Below, piece by piece: positions 1 to 13,371 of a DNA stretch of 64,000 nucleotides (within the stretch, counting starts at the first letter, position 1; each line of letters opens with the position of its first letter). The stretch spans positions 47,370,001 through 47,434,000 of the forward strand of contig NC_087436.1 in assembly GCF_036321535.1 (NCBI RefSeq), read 5' to 3'. The notes under the pieces were generated by a model. It had not been told where the DNA came from, did not search any database, and saw nothing but the letters and a program-made list of their open reading frames with translations. The position numbers and the translations under genes are program-made. Source of the stretch: Camelus dromedarius. Taxonomy: Eukaryota.

Positions 1-3000
1 AGAGTTACATGAAAAAAGTAAAAACAGTTTCTTTGGGTGGTAGAAGTACAGGTAATTTTTTTCCTTTTTTGTTTTCTGTTATTATTATTATGTTGTTTCC
101 ACAATAAATACAACAAAATGATAACCTTTAATTTATAAGAAAGACCAATATAAAAATAAATTCTTATCAGATTTATTGGTGCCTCGATCGAGCTTTGATT
201 TGCTATTTGTCCATCCAAATAGACAATGAAGAATTACATGTGTGTTCATGTTGTTGGGATTAGGTACTTTAAAGAGATAGTCCTTTTTAAATAGCAAATA
301 GAAAAATATATCTGGCACATCACATTGTGAAAATTACTGGTATGGTACCAACCCAATAGATTCAGCACAGTCTCTTGAATTTGGACAAATGTTAATTTGT
401 TTAAATTTTCCTTTTGCCTGAGAAGGTCATACAAATTTTCAATTTTTTTCTTTGATAAGTATTATTTTCAAGTTGTATGATAAAAACCAAATTTCCAAGG
501 ATGATAACATAGCAGAATTTTGATAAGAAATATCTTTGCCAGTCCTGAAGCAGGTTTTGAAGGATAAGAAGGCCTTGACCAAGTACAGAGGAAAGGACCC
601 AGGTATTCAAGTAATAGCTTGACCCAAAAGATGAAAGCAGTCATGGCTCAGAGTGTACAGGGTTCTGAGAGAGCCACAAAACTTAAACAGAAGGTGCCCG
701 TTGTGAGGTAATGGAAAATAAGGGTAGATAGGTAGAAGGCTGGGGGAGAGGACAGGCATTGAAAGCCAGGCAGAAGAGTTTGGATTGATTGCGTTCAATT
801 GGATTGATTGAAATAAGGAGACACTTCAGGATCCTTAGCCAAGAAATGAGGGAGAGTGAACAGCTGTTATTTGTACCAGGACAGGGAGGCATGTTCTTAT
901 CTAATTCTGAGGTAGGAGCAAGAAGGGGCATGTTCAGTTTGAAAACAAAACAGCATTTTGTGTCGTTGCTTTAAATTGTTTTTAGTTACAAAGTTTGCTA
1001 CATTTCAGTTTCCAAATAATATGAAAACAATACATGGTTTTTGTTTGTTTATCAAATGTAATCATAGGTTAAAACTGTTCATAAACACAGAATATAGCTC
1101 AAGTACCACTACTTTTCACTAATATAATGAAAATAATGGAATATAACAGACAGAATTTTAAAAAATGATCCACCACTCCCTGTGCTCCGTCTATGCCCTG
1201 CCCCCCACCCCTGCCAATTTCTAACCCTTTCTCTTTGTCTTCTGGTATTTATCCTTATAGATGAGAATTATATATTTATACTGGTATATCTTATTATATC
1301 TATTTTATGCATGATATATTGACTTTTCACATTGGCAAACGAGGATTTAGCTCCCTTGTACGATCACCCTACTTCCTTCCCCTCCAACCTCCCAATATAA
1401 TTAAATCACAGATTTGGCTAAATTTCATTATGTATTTACATTTATTACATCGACTGTCTACACATATTTCAGTACTGAATCTAGTAGTGTACCATGATTA
1501 TGCTTCCTTTCTTTTCCCTGGAGTCAGTAGTTTTGTCAATTATTCATTTGATAGTCTTCTAAATAAGTTTGTCAGATAATGAGTTCCATTTGTAATTTAG
1601 TTCCAGAAACTTTTGCTCTCCCACCCCAATCTTGAATGGTCGTTTTCTAGCCTTATTTTATGACTTTCATGTTTGTTTGCGACTTTGCATGCCTGACAAT
1701 AGATTTGAATCTGCAGAGTAGTCTTGAAAGTTACTCAGTTTCTGCATGGAAAGATGCTCAAGTCTTATCCCTGGCTACAGGTTATTTGAGGACATGGATG
1801 GGGAAAGAGGGCTGGTAGAGGATGGAGGTATGTTTCTCCCATAAATGTATAAATTTCCACTTAATCCATTTATTTTCAGCCCCTCAGCTGCCCTTGAGCT
1901 TTTCTGAAACTTTCCTCTCCCTAAGCCCAGAATCTTTTTGATTCATGTTCTACAAGGAATCAATCTCATGTCTGAGGGTTTGGAAGAGGAAGTCACCAGG
2001 CTCTTTGCGGTCTAACTGCCTTCTGTGCGGACTTTCAAATGAATTGTCTGAATTCCAGCTCTGCCTCACACTCCCTTTCTGCAAAAGCCAGTTCTTGAGA
2101 CTTTGCAGCTTGATTCTCCCTCCTCGTTCTGAAGAAATTAGGTCTAGTTTGCACTACTCTCCTAAGCCATCAGCTTCCCATCCTCCAAAACATGATGCTA
2201 TTTTCTATCTCCTGGTGACTTCTAGTTTTTTGGTCCTTTAGGCCTATATATTTTAAATATTATTATTGTCATTTTAATAGGCATTCAGGTGAGAATGGAA
2301 GTAATACATCCATTCAATTTACCACATGGAATCAGAAATCCCCATATCTATTTAAAATCCTGTGGTAGTCATATATTATTTTCCTTCACTCATTATGATA
2401 TTTATTTTTCAAAGATAGTTTTGGCAGAAATTTAAGTCATAAATTGAGTTATCTTACTCCTTTTTTTTAAACATGAGAATTAAAATAAGTGTAGCATTAT
2501 CATCCTTTAAGCTGCCTTTGATTTGATTTCTAGTTGTTCACAAGTGATTTTTTAATCATTCTCTTGTAAATCTTTTCATTTCTCTGGTGCCTCCTCATAA
2601 TCAGTTTGTTATACTGACTCAAAGACAACATTCTTAAGTCTCTGAAAGTATCATTCCTCCTCATATTCTTCAAGTCCTCTAAAATTGCATTTCTCAGGAA
2701 ACATATGTTAGTTACTGTAATTACTCTGTATAATCATGTTTCTGGAGAACACAGTGGCTGATGCAAAGCTGTCAAAGTCAGAACAAGATAATCATTGAGT
2801 TACCAATTCTTGTACATATAACTTCAAGAACTGTATAATGAATTTCTTTTAAAATTCCTAATTTAATAACACATATATCTGCCATCATCTCTGGAATTAT
2901 CTGTGCATTTAGTACAGGAAGCAAGGAAAGGATAAATAATGGATAATACTGTGTTAATGAATATATATCACATTGATTCAAAATAAGGTGATAAAATAGT

Positions 3001-4919
3001 TGGTATATAATATAATTAATATTAAAGAACTTAGACACAGGCAGGAAATCAAAAGAATTTCCCATACACCAACAACTAGTGTAGTGAGTCTTTGGCAGTA
3101 TTTCTAGTACTTTAGGGTGACAGATTGTCTCTGTATACTATCCGTATCGAAAAACATTTATGGTTTGAGATGCCAGACAACTGAAATTATTTATTTATTT
3201 TTCACTGAGTTGACTGTTAGTAATGTATAAGCATCATCAAATTTCCTCTACTGTTTATACTTTCTCAGTTTAGTTTCAAGTACAATAGGCTGAAATTAGC
3301 TGTGTGTATATACTCAGAAAGCAATTAATACTGAAAAATTAAAATTTCAATCAATCATGGGCTGGCTGATGGCAGCTCCTCTATTATAAGTGGTACAGCA
3401 GAGCTATCTTTGAATGAAGTGTCTGCTCAATACAGATTTGCTTGCTTTTTTGTTATTTTTTGCAATTTGTTAAGGGCTTTGGTATATAAAATGTAGGTAA
3501 ACTATGAGGGAATTTGTCCAATCTAGGTGTACACATATCATGTAAGAATTACTTTTCCTTTGATACATAAAAGGTAGAAATGGATGCTGTCAGCTGAGGG
3601 AGGATGAAGTGGGTTTCTAGGAGGTGAGTGGCGTAACTGAAAAAATGCAGGAGGAGCTACCATATGGCAAAACAGACTTCACCCAGAGCAAACATGGAGT
3701 TTACAGCACTTTATTCTGTTTCCACAAGGTGGTGTGCACGCTCTGTGGTGCAGCTGTCCTGCTTTTATCTGTTTTCTGCCAGCACATGTGCAGTGTCATT
3801 TTCTTTGTTTGTGAGGCTTATGGAATATCTCTAGTGCATGCGTACTTCTATTTTCTTTATTCTAAAACTTAAATAACCAACCCATGCGTATAATCATTAT
3901 TTACTTCATACTACAAACATGTTGTAATCTTGGCCTTGGGTCCACGGCCTTAACTCATCTCAAGGCCACTGACAGATGCCCTTATCCTGGACTGGAAAAG
4001 CATTATTCTGTTAGGCGTGCTTTCATACAGTCTCTAGTTCATCTAGTAAATTATCAGCTCACTTTATACCTTCTACTTCTTCTAAATTGTGTCTCTTTTC
4101 TCAAAGTTTTAGATGAGAGAAAGCCCACTGCCTCAGCAGGATGCCCTGACCTGTCTTATCTGCCTCCCTCGCAGCAGCCTTTCTGCTTTGTTGACCTTCC
4201 TGTAGACCTTCCAACATCAGTATCTGTTTTTCCCAAGTCTTACTTCCAGACTGTGGAGCACAGTTGGGGAAAAACACACACGGCCTATTGGCTTTAAAGT
4301 TACTTGATGATTTCCAACATTAGCTCAGTTTTACTCCCTAGAAAACTTCCTTACCCAAATTTCTCTCACTTTGATCCAGCCCCCTGCTGTAAGTGTACTC
4401 CCCTTATCTCTGCTCTGTCAGAGAAAATACCAAGAGCAGCCACCACTTAATGAGCACTCACAGCCAAGAGCCTTACAACAAAACCACACAGTAGATCTTT
4501 TATCCCCTTTTTGTAGTTGAGGACAACCTCACAGTGGAAAAGAAACACATTCAAGGGCACACAGCTCATACATACAGCATGTTGGATAACACCTGATTCA
4601 TGCCTTGTTATCTTTTTTCTTTGTTTTTCCTTTTATTATCTTTTAAAGTATAATATTTTACATGTACAGAAATATATAGTATATATATAAAATATATTAC
4701 AAATACATAGTGAGTGTATATATATATAATTGCTGAAGCTAAATAACAAAATGAATGTCCATAATCCCATCATCTAATTTAGGAACTAGAACGTAATCAG
4801 TACCGTTGCATCTACCTTTGTGTTCCTCCCCCTCCTACTCTCAGGCCTCTCCCATCACTCCCAGAAGTGACCACTGTTTTCAGTTTTGTTATTTATTATT
4901 TCCTTGCTATTTTTTAACT

Positions 4920-5990
4920 TTTTATTTCAAAATAATTAAAAACACAGAGAAGTTTAAAGAATAGAACAAAAAAATTCCTGTATATCCTTCACCAGATCCC
5001 ACAATTGCTATCATTTTTCCATGTTTGTTTTCTCATTCTCTTTCTCTATGCATATTGTTACCGTTGTTATTTCTGAATCATTTGAGAATAAGTTGCAGAT
5101 GTTACATCCTCCTGCCTCTAAATACTTGGGTGTGTGTTTTCTAAAAACAAGGACATTCAATGTTCAAAATCAGAAAAGTTAACACTGGTACATTACCATA
5201 TCTAATCTATAGCCCATTTTCAAATTTCACCTAATAAATATCCTAATAAATACCCTGCTTCACCCCTCCCATGTGCATCCCCCCACCACTGGTTCTAGTC
5301 CAGGATTGATGATTACATTCAGTTGTCTCTTCAGTCTCACTTAGTCTGGAACTGTTCCTCTGTCAATCTTTGTGTTTCTTGATCTTGGCATATTTAAACA
5401 GTTCAGGCCAATGATTTTGTGGAATATCCCTCAATGTGAGTTTTCCTCTTGATTTTCTTAATGGAATGTTTCTTCATAAGTAGACTTAGACGATGACTTT
5501 TTGGCAGGGATAAGTGAGGTTGAGGCCTTTTCAGTGTAACACTGAGGAAGCAGATAGTGTTAGTATTCTCCACTTTTGGTAATGTCAACTTAGATTACAA
5601 AGGTTAAGATGGTATCTTCTAGGTTTATCCTCTCTGAAAGCACTATTTTCCCATAAGTAATTTGTGGAGAGATAATTTGAGAATCTGTAGCTATCTTGTT
5701 TTTCATCAGATTTCAACCCATTAGTTTTGATGTCCACTGACAATTTTGTCTGAATCAATTACTACTGTAATAGTTGCCAAATGGTGATTTTTTACCTCCA
5801 TCATTCCTTCTACATGAGATTCTACTATACGGGAAAATTTTTCCTTCTTCCTTATTTATTTATTATCAGAAGAAACTCATCTATTTATTTAATCTCAGTA
5901 TATACTTTCTTCACTGATCAGCATTGCCATATATCTGTCATATATCAAGTTCCCATATGCTGTTAGGTCTTTCTGGGCCCTCTCTTTTGT
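4920..5990 (-). mobile_element. Old LINE1 3' region (L1MC/MD/ME-like), degraded
   Basis: Recalled L1M 3'-UTR phrasing (ttttatttcaaaataattaaaa..., tttgagaataagttgcag, tagttgccaaatggtgatttt). Confidence 0.6.
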
Positions 5991-6027
5991 TCAATGATCA
6001 TTCGGCCTTCCCTTTGCCAAAACAACA

Positions 6028-6313
6028 TCTTTTTTTAATTGAAGTATAGTTGATTTACAATGTTGTATTAGTTTCTGGTGTACAGCATGGTGATTCAGTT
6101 ATATATATATAATCTTTTTCATATTCTTTTTTATTATAGGTTATTACAAGTTACTGAATATAGTTCCTTGTGCTATACAGTAGGACCTTGTTGTTTATCT
6201 AGTTTGTATATAGTAGTTTGTATCTGCTAATCCCAAACTTCCAATTTATCTCTCCCCCCTCCTTTCCCCTTTGTAAACGTAAGTTTGTTTTCTATGTCTG
6301 TGAGTCTCTTTCT
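6028..6313 (-). mobile_element. 5'-truncated lineage-specific LINE1 3' end
   Basis: poly(T)-aattgaagtatagttgatttacaatgttg...; near-identical to copies at 8.8, 36.0 and 54.5 kb; possible TSD aaaacaac (6019-6026 / 6315-6322). Confidence 0.85.
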
Positions 6314-6498
6314 AAAAACAACCTTAATTATCACGGCTTCATCATTGGCCAAGTTTCCTCTTTTTATTGAAGAGTGCCTTGGATAGTCTTCCTTTTCTAT
6401 ATAAATATCAGAATCCGCTGTCATGTCTCACAAAACCTCTGTTGATATTTTCATTAGGATTATATTAATTCTGTAGGTCAGTTTGAGGAGAATCACTT

Positions 6499-6619
6499 TT
6501 TTTTGGTGGGGGTAGTAATTAGGTTTATTTGTTTATTTAGAGGAGGTCCTGGGGACTGAACCCAGGACCAGGTATGTGTTAAGCATGCATTCTACCCCTT
6601 GAGCTATACCCTCTCCTCA
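6499..6619 (-). mobile_element. tRNA-derived SINE (vic-1-like, camelid)
   Basis: Minus strand ggagagggtatagctcaaggggtaga...cctgggttcagtcccc (Pol III A/B boxes); perfect 13-bp TSD aggagaatcactt (6486-6498 / 6620-6632). Confidence 0.9.
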
Positions 6620-6706
6620 AGGAGAATCACTTAAAAAAAAATTGAGCCTTCCTTCCCATGAACATAGTCTATTTCTCCATTTACTTAGGTCTTCTGAGTG
6701 TCTTTT

Positions 6707-6827
6707 TTTGGGGGTGGGAGGGGATTAAGTTTATTTATTAATTTCTTGTTGGAGGTACTGGGGATTGAACCCAGGATGTCATGCATGGTAAACAGGCACT
6801 CTATACCATTGAGCTATACCCTCCCCG
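6707..6827 (-). mobile_element. tRNA-derived SINE (vic-1-like)
   Basis: Same consensus, B box gggttcaatccc; 16-bp TSD with 2 mismatches (6691-6706 / 6828-6843). Confidence 0.9.
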
Positions 6828-7242
6828 CTTTTAAGTGTCTTTTAATAATGTTTTATATTTTTTTCTGTACAGGTTTTATACATCTTTTATTAGATTTAGT
6901 TTTAGATATCTCATTTATGAGTTATTCAAATATAATGTCTTTCTAAATTATGTTTTCTATGTGCATGTTGTTATAGAAATGTGTTCTGAGTACTTAAATT
7001 TTACAGAAATGCAACTGTATGGTAAGTCTTAGATTTTTTACGTAAACTATCATATCCTTTATGAAATAATGCAGTCCTTTGTCTTCCTTTCCAACCTTTT
7101 TGTCTTTGATTTATCTTTCTTGCCTTTCAGAATCTACCATTTCTTATCTTGTATACCATTAATAAAATGGGTAGGAGACCACGTGCAGTCCTGGGCTCTT
7201 GCTTCGCTTTCCAAAATACATCCTGGTCCCAACTACAGTTCG

Positions 7243-7272
7243 GCACCATCTAGTGGTGATTGTCCACTTCAG
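7243..7272 (-). promoter_or_regulatory. Candidate CTCF site (core plus upstream module)
   Basis: Minus strand reads CTGAAGTG-GACAA-TCA-CCACTAGATGGTGC, close to the CTCF core CCACTAGATGGCGC with a CTGCAGT-like upstream module. Confidence 0.65.
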
Positions 7273-8824
7273 TTTACATATTGATGGGAAGGACTCAGGG
7301 TCTGCAGCTGACTGGAATTCAGGAAAGCATCGGAGATTCCAGGAAATTGCTGGCTAGATGGCAACAGTTTTGTTGGCCCAGTTTGGGAACATTGACTTGG
7401 GAGATCACTGAGCTAGCAGGATTCAAACTCTACTTCCCCTCTGGGTTTTGTGCTATTTTCTTGCTAAGTCCCTTCCACTACCCCCTGTCATATTCCCTTC
7501 TCCCACCTCAGAATAGGAACTTTATTCTCTGTCTTCTGTTCTACCCGGGGCGGGGGGTGGGGGTGAGGGAGGTTAAGTGGTGGGTGGGAGCAAATTACTC
7601 ATTCTATAATCTCAGAATTCATGAAATCCTGGGTGTATTTCCATAGGGTTTTACTGTATTTATTTGTGTGTTTTTCTCTCTCCTTCCATTATAATGTAAA
7701 CTCGAAAAGGTTGAGGATGTTTATATTTCATTTGCAGCCATATTTCCAATGAGTAGAAGAGTTCCTAGTACGCAGGCACCCAAGAACATTTAATGAATAA
7801 AACGAGCGAATGAACATTGAAATCTTCCATTATGTGGTAGATTTGTTACTTTCTTCCTGTAATTCTATCAAGTATTGCCTTAAAATTTTAAGGTTTTTTA
7901 AAATCAGATGCATACAAAATTTAAATTGTTGTAGCTTCTTGATGAACTCAGTCTTCCTTAATAACATTTTTAGTTTATTGGTTTTGGTTTTTATATTTTG
8001 GTCTTAAAACCTACCTCAATACTAACATGCCAGCAAGCTTTCCTTTGATCAGTATTTGCCAAGTATATCTTTCCACTTACTTTTACTTTCAACCTTTATA
8101 TGTCCTTATGTTTTATGTCTGTCTCTTCTAAACAGTATTTAGCTGGATTTTTAAAAATACAATTGTACAATCAGTCATTAAACTGGTGACTTTATTTCAT
8201 TTGTGCTTATGACAATTATTGATCTATTTGAATTTATTTCTAAATATGTCTAACCTGCTTATTGATTAAAAAAAATCTTTTTTAACAATTCCATTTCTAA
8301 AAAGTCCTTTTGCTTCTTTTTCAGATTAGGTTATTCCTATTAGTCCTGTTTTGCCTGCTCATCTATAATCCACTGTAATTTTTAAAATTCCATCATTTAT
8401 TTCTGTAAATATCCTATACCCAATCTTCCATTCTACAAGTAAAGTCATAGAGGTTATACTAGGTAACATTTATGTAGTGTTTACATAACTGTTACATACA
8501 TACATTAGATAAGCACATATGACAGGTGCTCTCTTTACAAAATTTAATGGTATATTTTATTTAACCTACTATACCCAAAGTATTATCATTTCAACCAGGT
8601 ACTCTTTTAAGGTTTTACTTGCATTAGCTCATTTAACTCTCATATTATTGATTAACCCCATTTTATGGTGTAGGAAACTGTAGCAAAGAGAGGTAAAAAA
8701 ATTTGGCCAAGGTCACACAGCTAGGTAGATTTCTGAGCTGGGATTTGAATTCAAGCTATTAACTATATTCAGTATAAAGGAGGGGGGGAAAACAAATGTT
8801 TTTGGCAAAGGAAAATTTTATTTT

Positions 8825-9190
8825 TCCTTTTCAAAATTGAAGTATAGTTGATTTTTTATGATGTTTTAGTTTTTGATGTACACCATAGTGATTTGGTTAT
8901 ATATATGTATATATTATTTTTTCATTATAGGTTATTACAAGCTACTAAACATAGTTCCACGTGCTATATAGTAGGTCCTTGTTGTTTATCTATTCTTTAT
9001 ATAGTAGTTTGTATCTGCTAATTGCACACTTCCAATTTGTCCCCCCTTCCCCTTTGGTAACCATAAGTTTGTTTCCTATGTCTGTGAGTCTGTTTCTGTT
9101 TTGTAAATAAGTTCACTTGTGCCATTTTTTAGATTCCACATATGATATCATATACTTGTTTTCCTCTGTCTGACTTACTTCACTTTGTAT
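8825..9190 (-). mobile_element. 5'-truncated lineage-specific LINE1 3' end
   Basis: aattgaagtatagttg...tttttagattccacat...gacttacttcact; homologous to 6028-6313. Confidence 0.85.
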
Positions 9191-9987
9191 AATATTACTT
9201 TTGCTTTTTTATGGTAGTGATTTGCAACATTCTTCATGTAGTAGTTGGCTTTTTGCATTTCTTCCTTAGTTTATTTTTCATATGCTTTGTCCATTGTTAT
9301 CTTAGAGTCATAAATGATCTTTTGTATTAAAAGCTCCTTGCCTTAATGACAAAATGTATTTTTATTTAATAAATTTTACATTTACCAGAGATGATTGCCC
9401 AGTTAACATTTTAATTTTGTAAGGAAATTTGGAAAATTTATACAATTCCTTTTTCAAAGAAAATACACCTCTGCTCTCCCAAATCCTCACTATCAGGAAA
9501 TTCTCAGCTATTACTTTACAGTCCCTGAGCTCAAATTTCCACAATGAAAGCATGAAGAGAAAAAAGTATATATTCTTCTGTTACATATATTACATAAAAC
9601 ATCATTTTTGGATCTCTATAAAATTAAATAAGAATATATTAGATATGTCAAAGAACTAAATCTATTTAATATACAATAAGCAGAATACAATATAATGAAT
9701 AAGTAGACACAATTTATATTTGTATTATTTTAAGGAAAAAACCCAAAATTCAAAAAGATTTTTTAAGAAGAGTGAAGATTATCATGTGAGATATAAAAAA
9801 GAATACTTAATTTTCAAGAATGAGCCACTAGAGAGTTATTATGTAGAGACCCAAAGGCTTATTTGATTTTTTTAAAAAGCTACAAAAAAAAGTTTAAGTA
9901 ATTAAAGAATCATACAGTTCCATTTTGAAGCCTTCAACATTTGCCATGTTCAAAAACTGTCTTGGAAAAACACCACAATTTAGGAAT

Positions 9988-10018
9988 GTTGCCATCTAGT
10001 GTTCACCTTTAGAATTGT
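9988..10018 (-). promoter_or_regulatory. Candidate CTCF site (core plus upstream module)
   Basis: Minus strand reads ACAATTCT-AAAGG-TGA-ACACTAGATGGCAAC. Confidence 0.6.
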
Positions 10019-10650
10019 CCCCACAAAATTAGTGTCACCTAAATAGATTATTTCAAAACACGGTCAAGATCTTGACTCTTTGAAATTGGAGCCAGAGATC
10101 AAGAGAGAGAGTTTCCTGAGCTAACTGAGCAGTTTTTAAACTTAAGGAAAGAAAGGAGGAGGTTCCTAAAGATGTGTGTACATACGTGTGAGGACAGCAC
10201 TGAATGAGGGTGGATGATCGAAAGAGAAAATGGCAAATGCACAGGATCCTTTAGGGAGAATAAAGAATGTGAGGGGAAGGCTGAGGGTCAAATCACTGAA
10301 GTAGTAGAAAAATATTGCAATTGGTCTTTGAAATGTATTGGGTGGGAAATTTAAAAAATAAAATGTATTAGTTGTTTACAACTTGGAAAGGGTTTTTGTT
10401 TTAGATAATAAAAAGTTACCATACGTTGAGTATTTAGTGAGTACTGGATATTCTACGTGTTTTGCATGTAATACATATTTGACTTCCATGATTACTATGT
10501 TACCCCCATTTTAAAGATAAAAAAATTGAGTTATAGAAATTTTACAAAGCTGTTAAATGGCAAAAATGTGATTTGTCTAAATCAAGAGGCTGGTTCCTAT
10601 GGCCATGCTCTTAATGCACATGCTATACACTTCCTTCTAAAATAAGTACA

Positions 10651-11275
10651 CATACATTTGGAGGGAACTCTAATTCAAAAAGATACATGTGCCCCAATGT
10701 TCATAGCAGGCTATTTACAACAGCCAAGACATGGATACAACCTAAATGCCCATTGACAGATGACCGGATACAGAGGTTGTGGTATATCTATACAATGGAA
10801 TACTACTCTCAGACATAAAAAGGAATAAAATAATGCGATTTGCAGCAACATGGATGGACCTAGAGATTGTCATTCTAAGTGAAGTAAGCCAGAAAGAGAA
10901 AGAAAAATACCATATATCATTTATATGTGGAATCTCAAGAAAAAGACACAAATGAACTTATTTACAAAACAGAAACAGACTCACAGACCTAGAAAACAAA
11001 CTTATGGTTACCAGGAAGGAAAGGGGGTGGGAAGGGATAAATTGGGAGATCAAGATTTGCAGATACTAACTACTATATATAAAATAGATAAGCAACCAAT
11101 TTCCAGCGTATAGCACAGGGAACTATATTCAATACCTTTAATAACCTATAATGAAAAAGAATATGAAAAGGAATATATGATGTATGTGTGTATATATATA
11201 TATGGCTTAAACATTTTAGAAATTGACACAACATTATAAACTGACTATACTTCAATTAAAAAATTTAAAAATGAA
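10651..11275 (+). mobile_element. 5'-truncated LINE1 (ORF2 end plus 3' UTR) with intact TSD
   Basis: ORF2-terminal sequence (aaagatacatg...atggatggacctagag), A-rich tail; perfect 13-bp TSD taaaataagtaca (10638-10650 / 11276-11288). Confidence 0.92.
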
Positions 11276-11612
11276 TAAAATAAGTACAGAACTTGGGCTG
11301 GGGTCACCATATAACGTAAGTAGAAAGTTTAGTCAACTATCCAAATAATTCTGACCAAATTTTATTTTTTTAAAATCTAGATCTAGTGTTTGAACTGATA
11401 AACTCATCCAACAATTACTCAGTTTTCCCTTTTATATCTGTACTATGTTCTTGATAAACTTTAGCATGCAAATTTATCTTTCACGTAAAAATATTCCAGC
11501 ACTCTGCTTTCATTTGTAGAGTGTGTGTATCAACTTCTTCTTTAGTGGTAGTGGTAAATTTCTTCTCTCAACTCTTGATCCTCTTTCTGATTACCGCCAC
11601 AGCTATGGTCAC

Positions 11613-12013
11613 TATTATGGGTTGAGTTGTGTCCCCCCAACCCCCTGTCCCATTCTTATGTTGAAGTCCTAACTCCCAGTACCTCAGAATGTGACTATGT
11701 TTAGAGATAAGGTCTTCAAAGAGGTAATTAAGTTAATTATTAAGTTATTAGATTGGGCCTTCTTCCAGTATGACTTGTGTCCTTGTAAGAAGAGGAAATC
11801 TGGATGCGGACAGTTACAGAGGAAAGAACATGTGAGGACACAAGGGAAAAACAGCCATCTACGAGTCAAGTAGAGAAGCCTCAGAAGATACCATCCCTGA
11901 CAACACTTTGATGTCAGACTTCTAGCTTCCAGATATGCGAGAAAATAAATTTCTGTTGTTCAGTCCACCCAGTCTATGGTACTTTGTTATGACAAACCTA
12001 GCAAACTAAATAG
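11613..12013 (+). mobile_element. MaLR solo LTR (MLT1B/MLT1A-like)
   Basis: tatgttgaagtcctaactcccagtacctcagaatgtgact...aataaatttctgttgtt...ggtactttgttatg. Confidence 0.85.
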
Positions 12014-12899
12014 AGTGAATGCATTAATCAGGCTCTTACTTTACAAAACAAACAAACCACTCTCACTAGTTTAAGGAAAAAAAAAAAAGACAATTCCTAA
12101 AGAATATTAGATAACTCAAAAAAATCTTTGGAGAACTAGAGAGCCAGGTTTGGGGGCCATGCAGTCAGAAACAATGCCTGAATCACATTGTGAGATTGTG
12201 CCTTACTGTAAAGGCTCCAATGAAACCAGACACTACAGTGTGCACCTCTCACTGTGGACATGAGACACCAGGATTTCCATCTTTTGACCATGAAAGATGA
12301 CATCTTAGCGGCTACTTTTGCCCCCAAATGGATTTCCTGCAGTCCTGCCTTACTGTGTAGCTCATTTGTGATTTGATGTCTCTCATGGGCGTGTGTGATT
12401 GGGAGAGCCTAGGTTCTGTGCCTGCAGCCAGCTGTGAGTGAGTTGGGAGAGTGAGTTTTCTGGTTTCTGCCACGTGGAGGTGGATCAAAAGGCAGGAAGT
12501 TGTCTAGACAGGGAAAAAGAGCTCAAATGGTGGTGGCAAGCCAGAAAAGGCACATAAAGGGAATCAACTTTAAAGCCTCAGTAGTGTGATTCTTTGACCA
12601 GCTGCTCTGAGACCTAGCTGTCCTTCCCACAGTCCTTAAACTTTTCTTGAACCTATTTTATTTTCATTGGATAAAACTCTCCCTTGTCTAGAATTCAAAT
12701 GACTATAAAGCACAAATAGCTGGACCCCTCACCCTGCCTTGTTGTCTACCTTTGTAAGTAAGAAATGAAGCAGGTTAATATGCAGATGTTGCTTGCCGAG
12801 TTTTCATTCCTCCTTATGCTGGTAAAAGAAGCCCCAATTTTCCTCCATGAACCATCCCTTCCCCTTGACTTTCCCTGTGGTTTCTGTGCAGATAACATC

Positions 12900-13371
12900 C
12901 CCTATTCAGCTGGAGCTGCCCAAGTCCCAGAAGCCTTAGGCTCAGTTTGGTTCATCAGAACATGCACATGCCACCCCTTCTCCCCAGTCCTGTGATTAGT
13001 TCTAGAACAGGCAGGAACACTGTCCAGGACAGACTAATGAGACTCAGTCTAAGGATAATTTCTGGCACAACAGACTTGCATCTCCTGGTTCCTCTTGCTT
13101 TGCTATGATTGCTAGGCTAGGATGTAAGCCTGGGCTGCTGCTGACCAAACTGATACCCCTTGATAAAAACTTTCCCGAGAGTAAAACTGACACAGCAGAA
13201 AGTAAAGACAAGAGATAGACAGAGTCCTAATATTCCTTGAATATCTAGAACCAGCTGTGCTTGAAGCTTGCACTGCATTTGGGCTTCTCAGATCCTTATG
13301 CCAATAGTCACTTTCAGCTAAAATCCATTTGAATGTTTTCAGTTACTTGCAACCAAAAGACTCTTGACTAA
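12900..13371 (+). mobile_element. Old MaLR LTR (MLT1J/K-like)
   Basis: ccagctgtgcttgaagc...gttacttgcaaccaaaagactcttgactaat 3' end. Confidence 0.6.

Noticed and set aside
6499..6827. tRNA-like sequences with A/B boxes
   Set aside because: Dispersed copies with A-rich tails and TSDs, so SINEs and not tRNA genes
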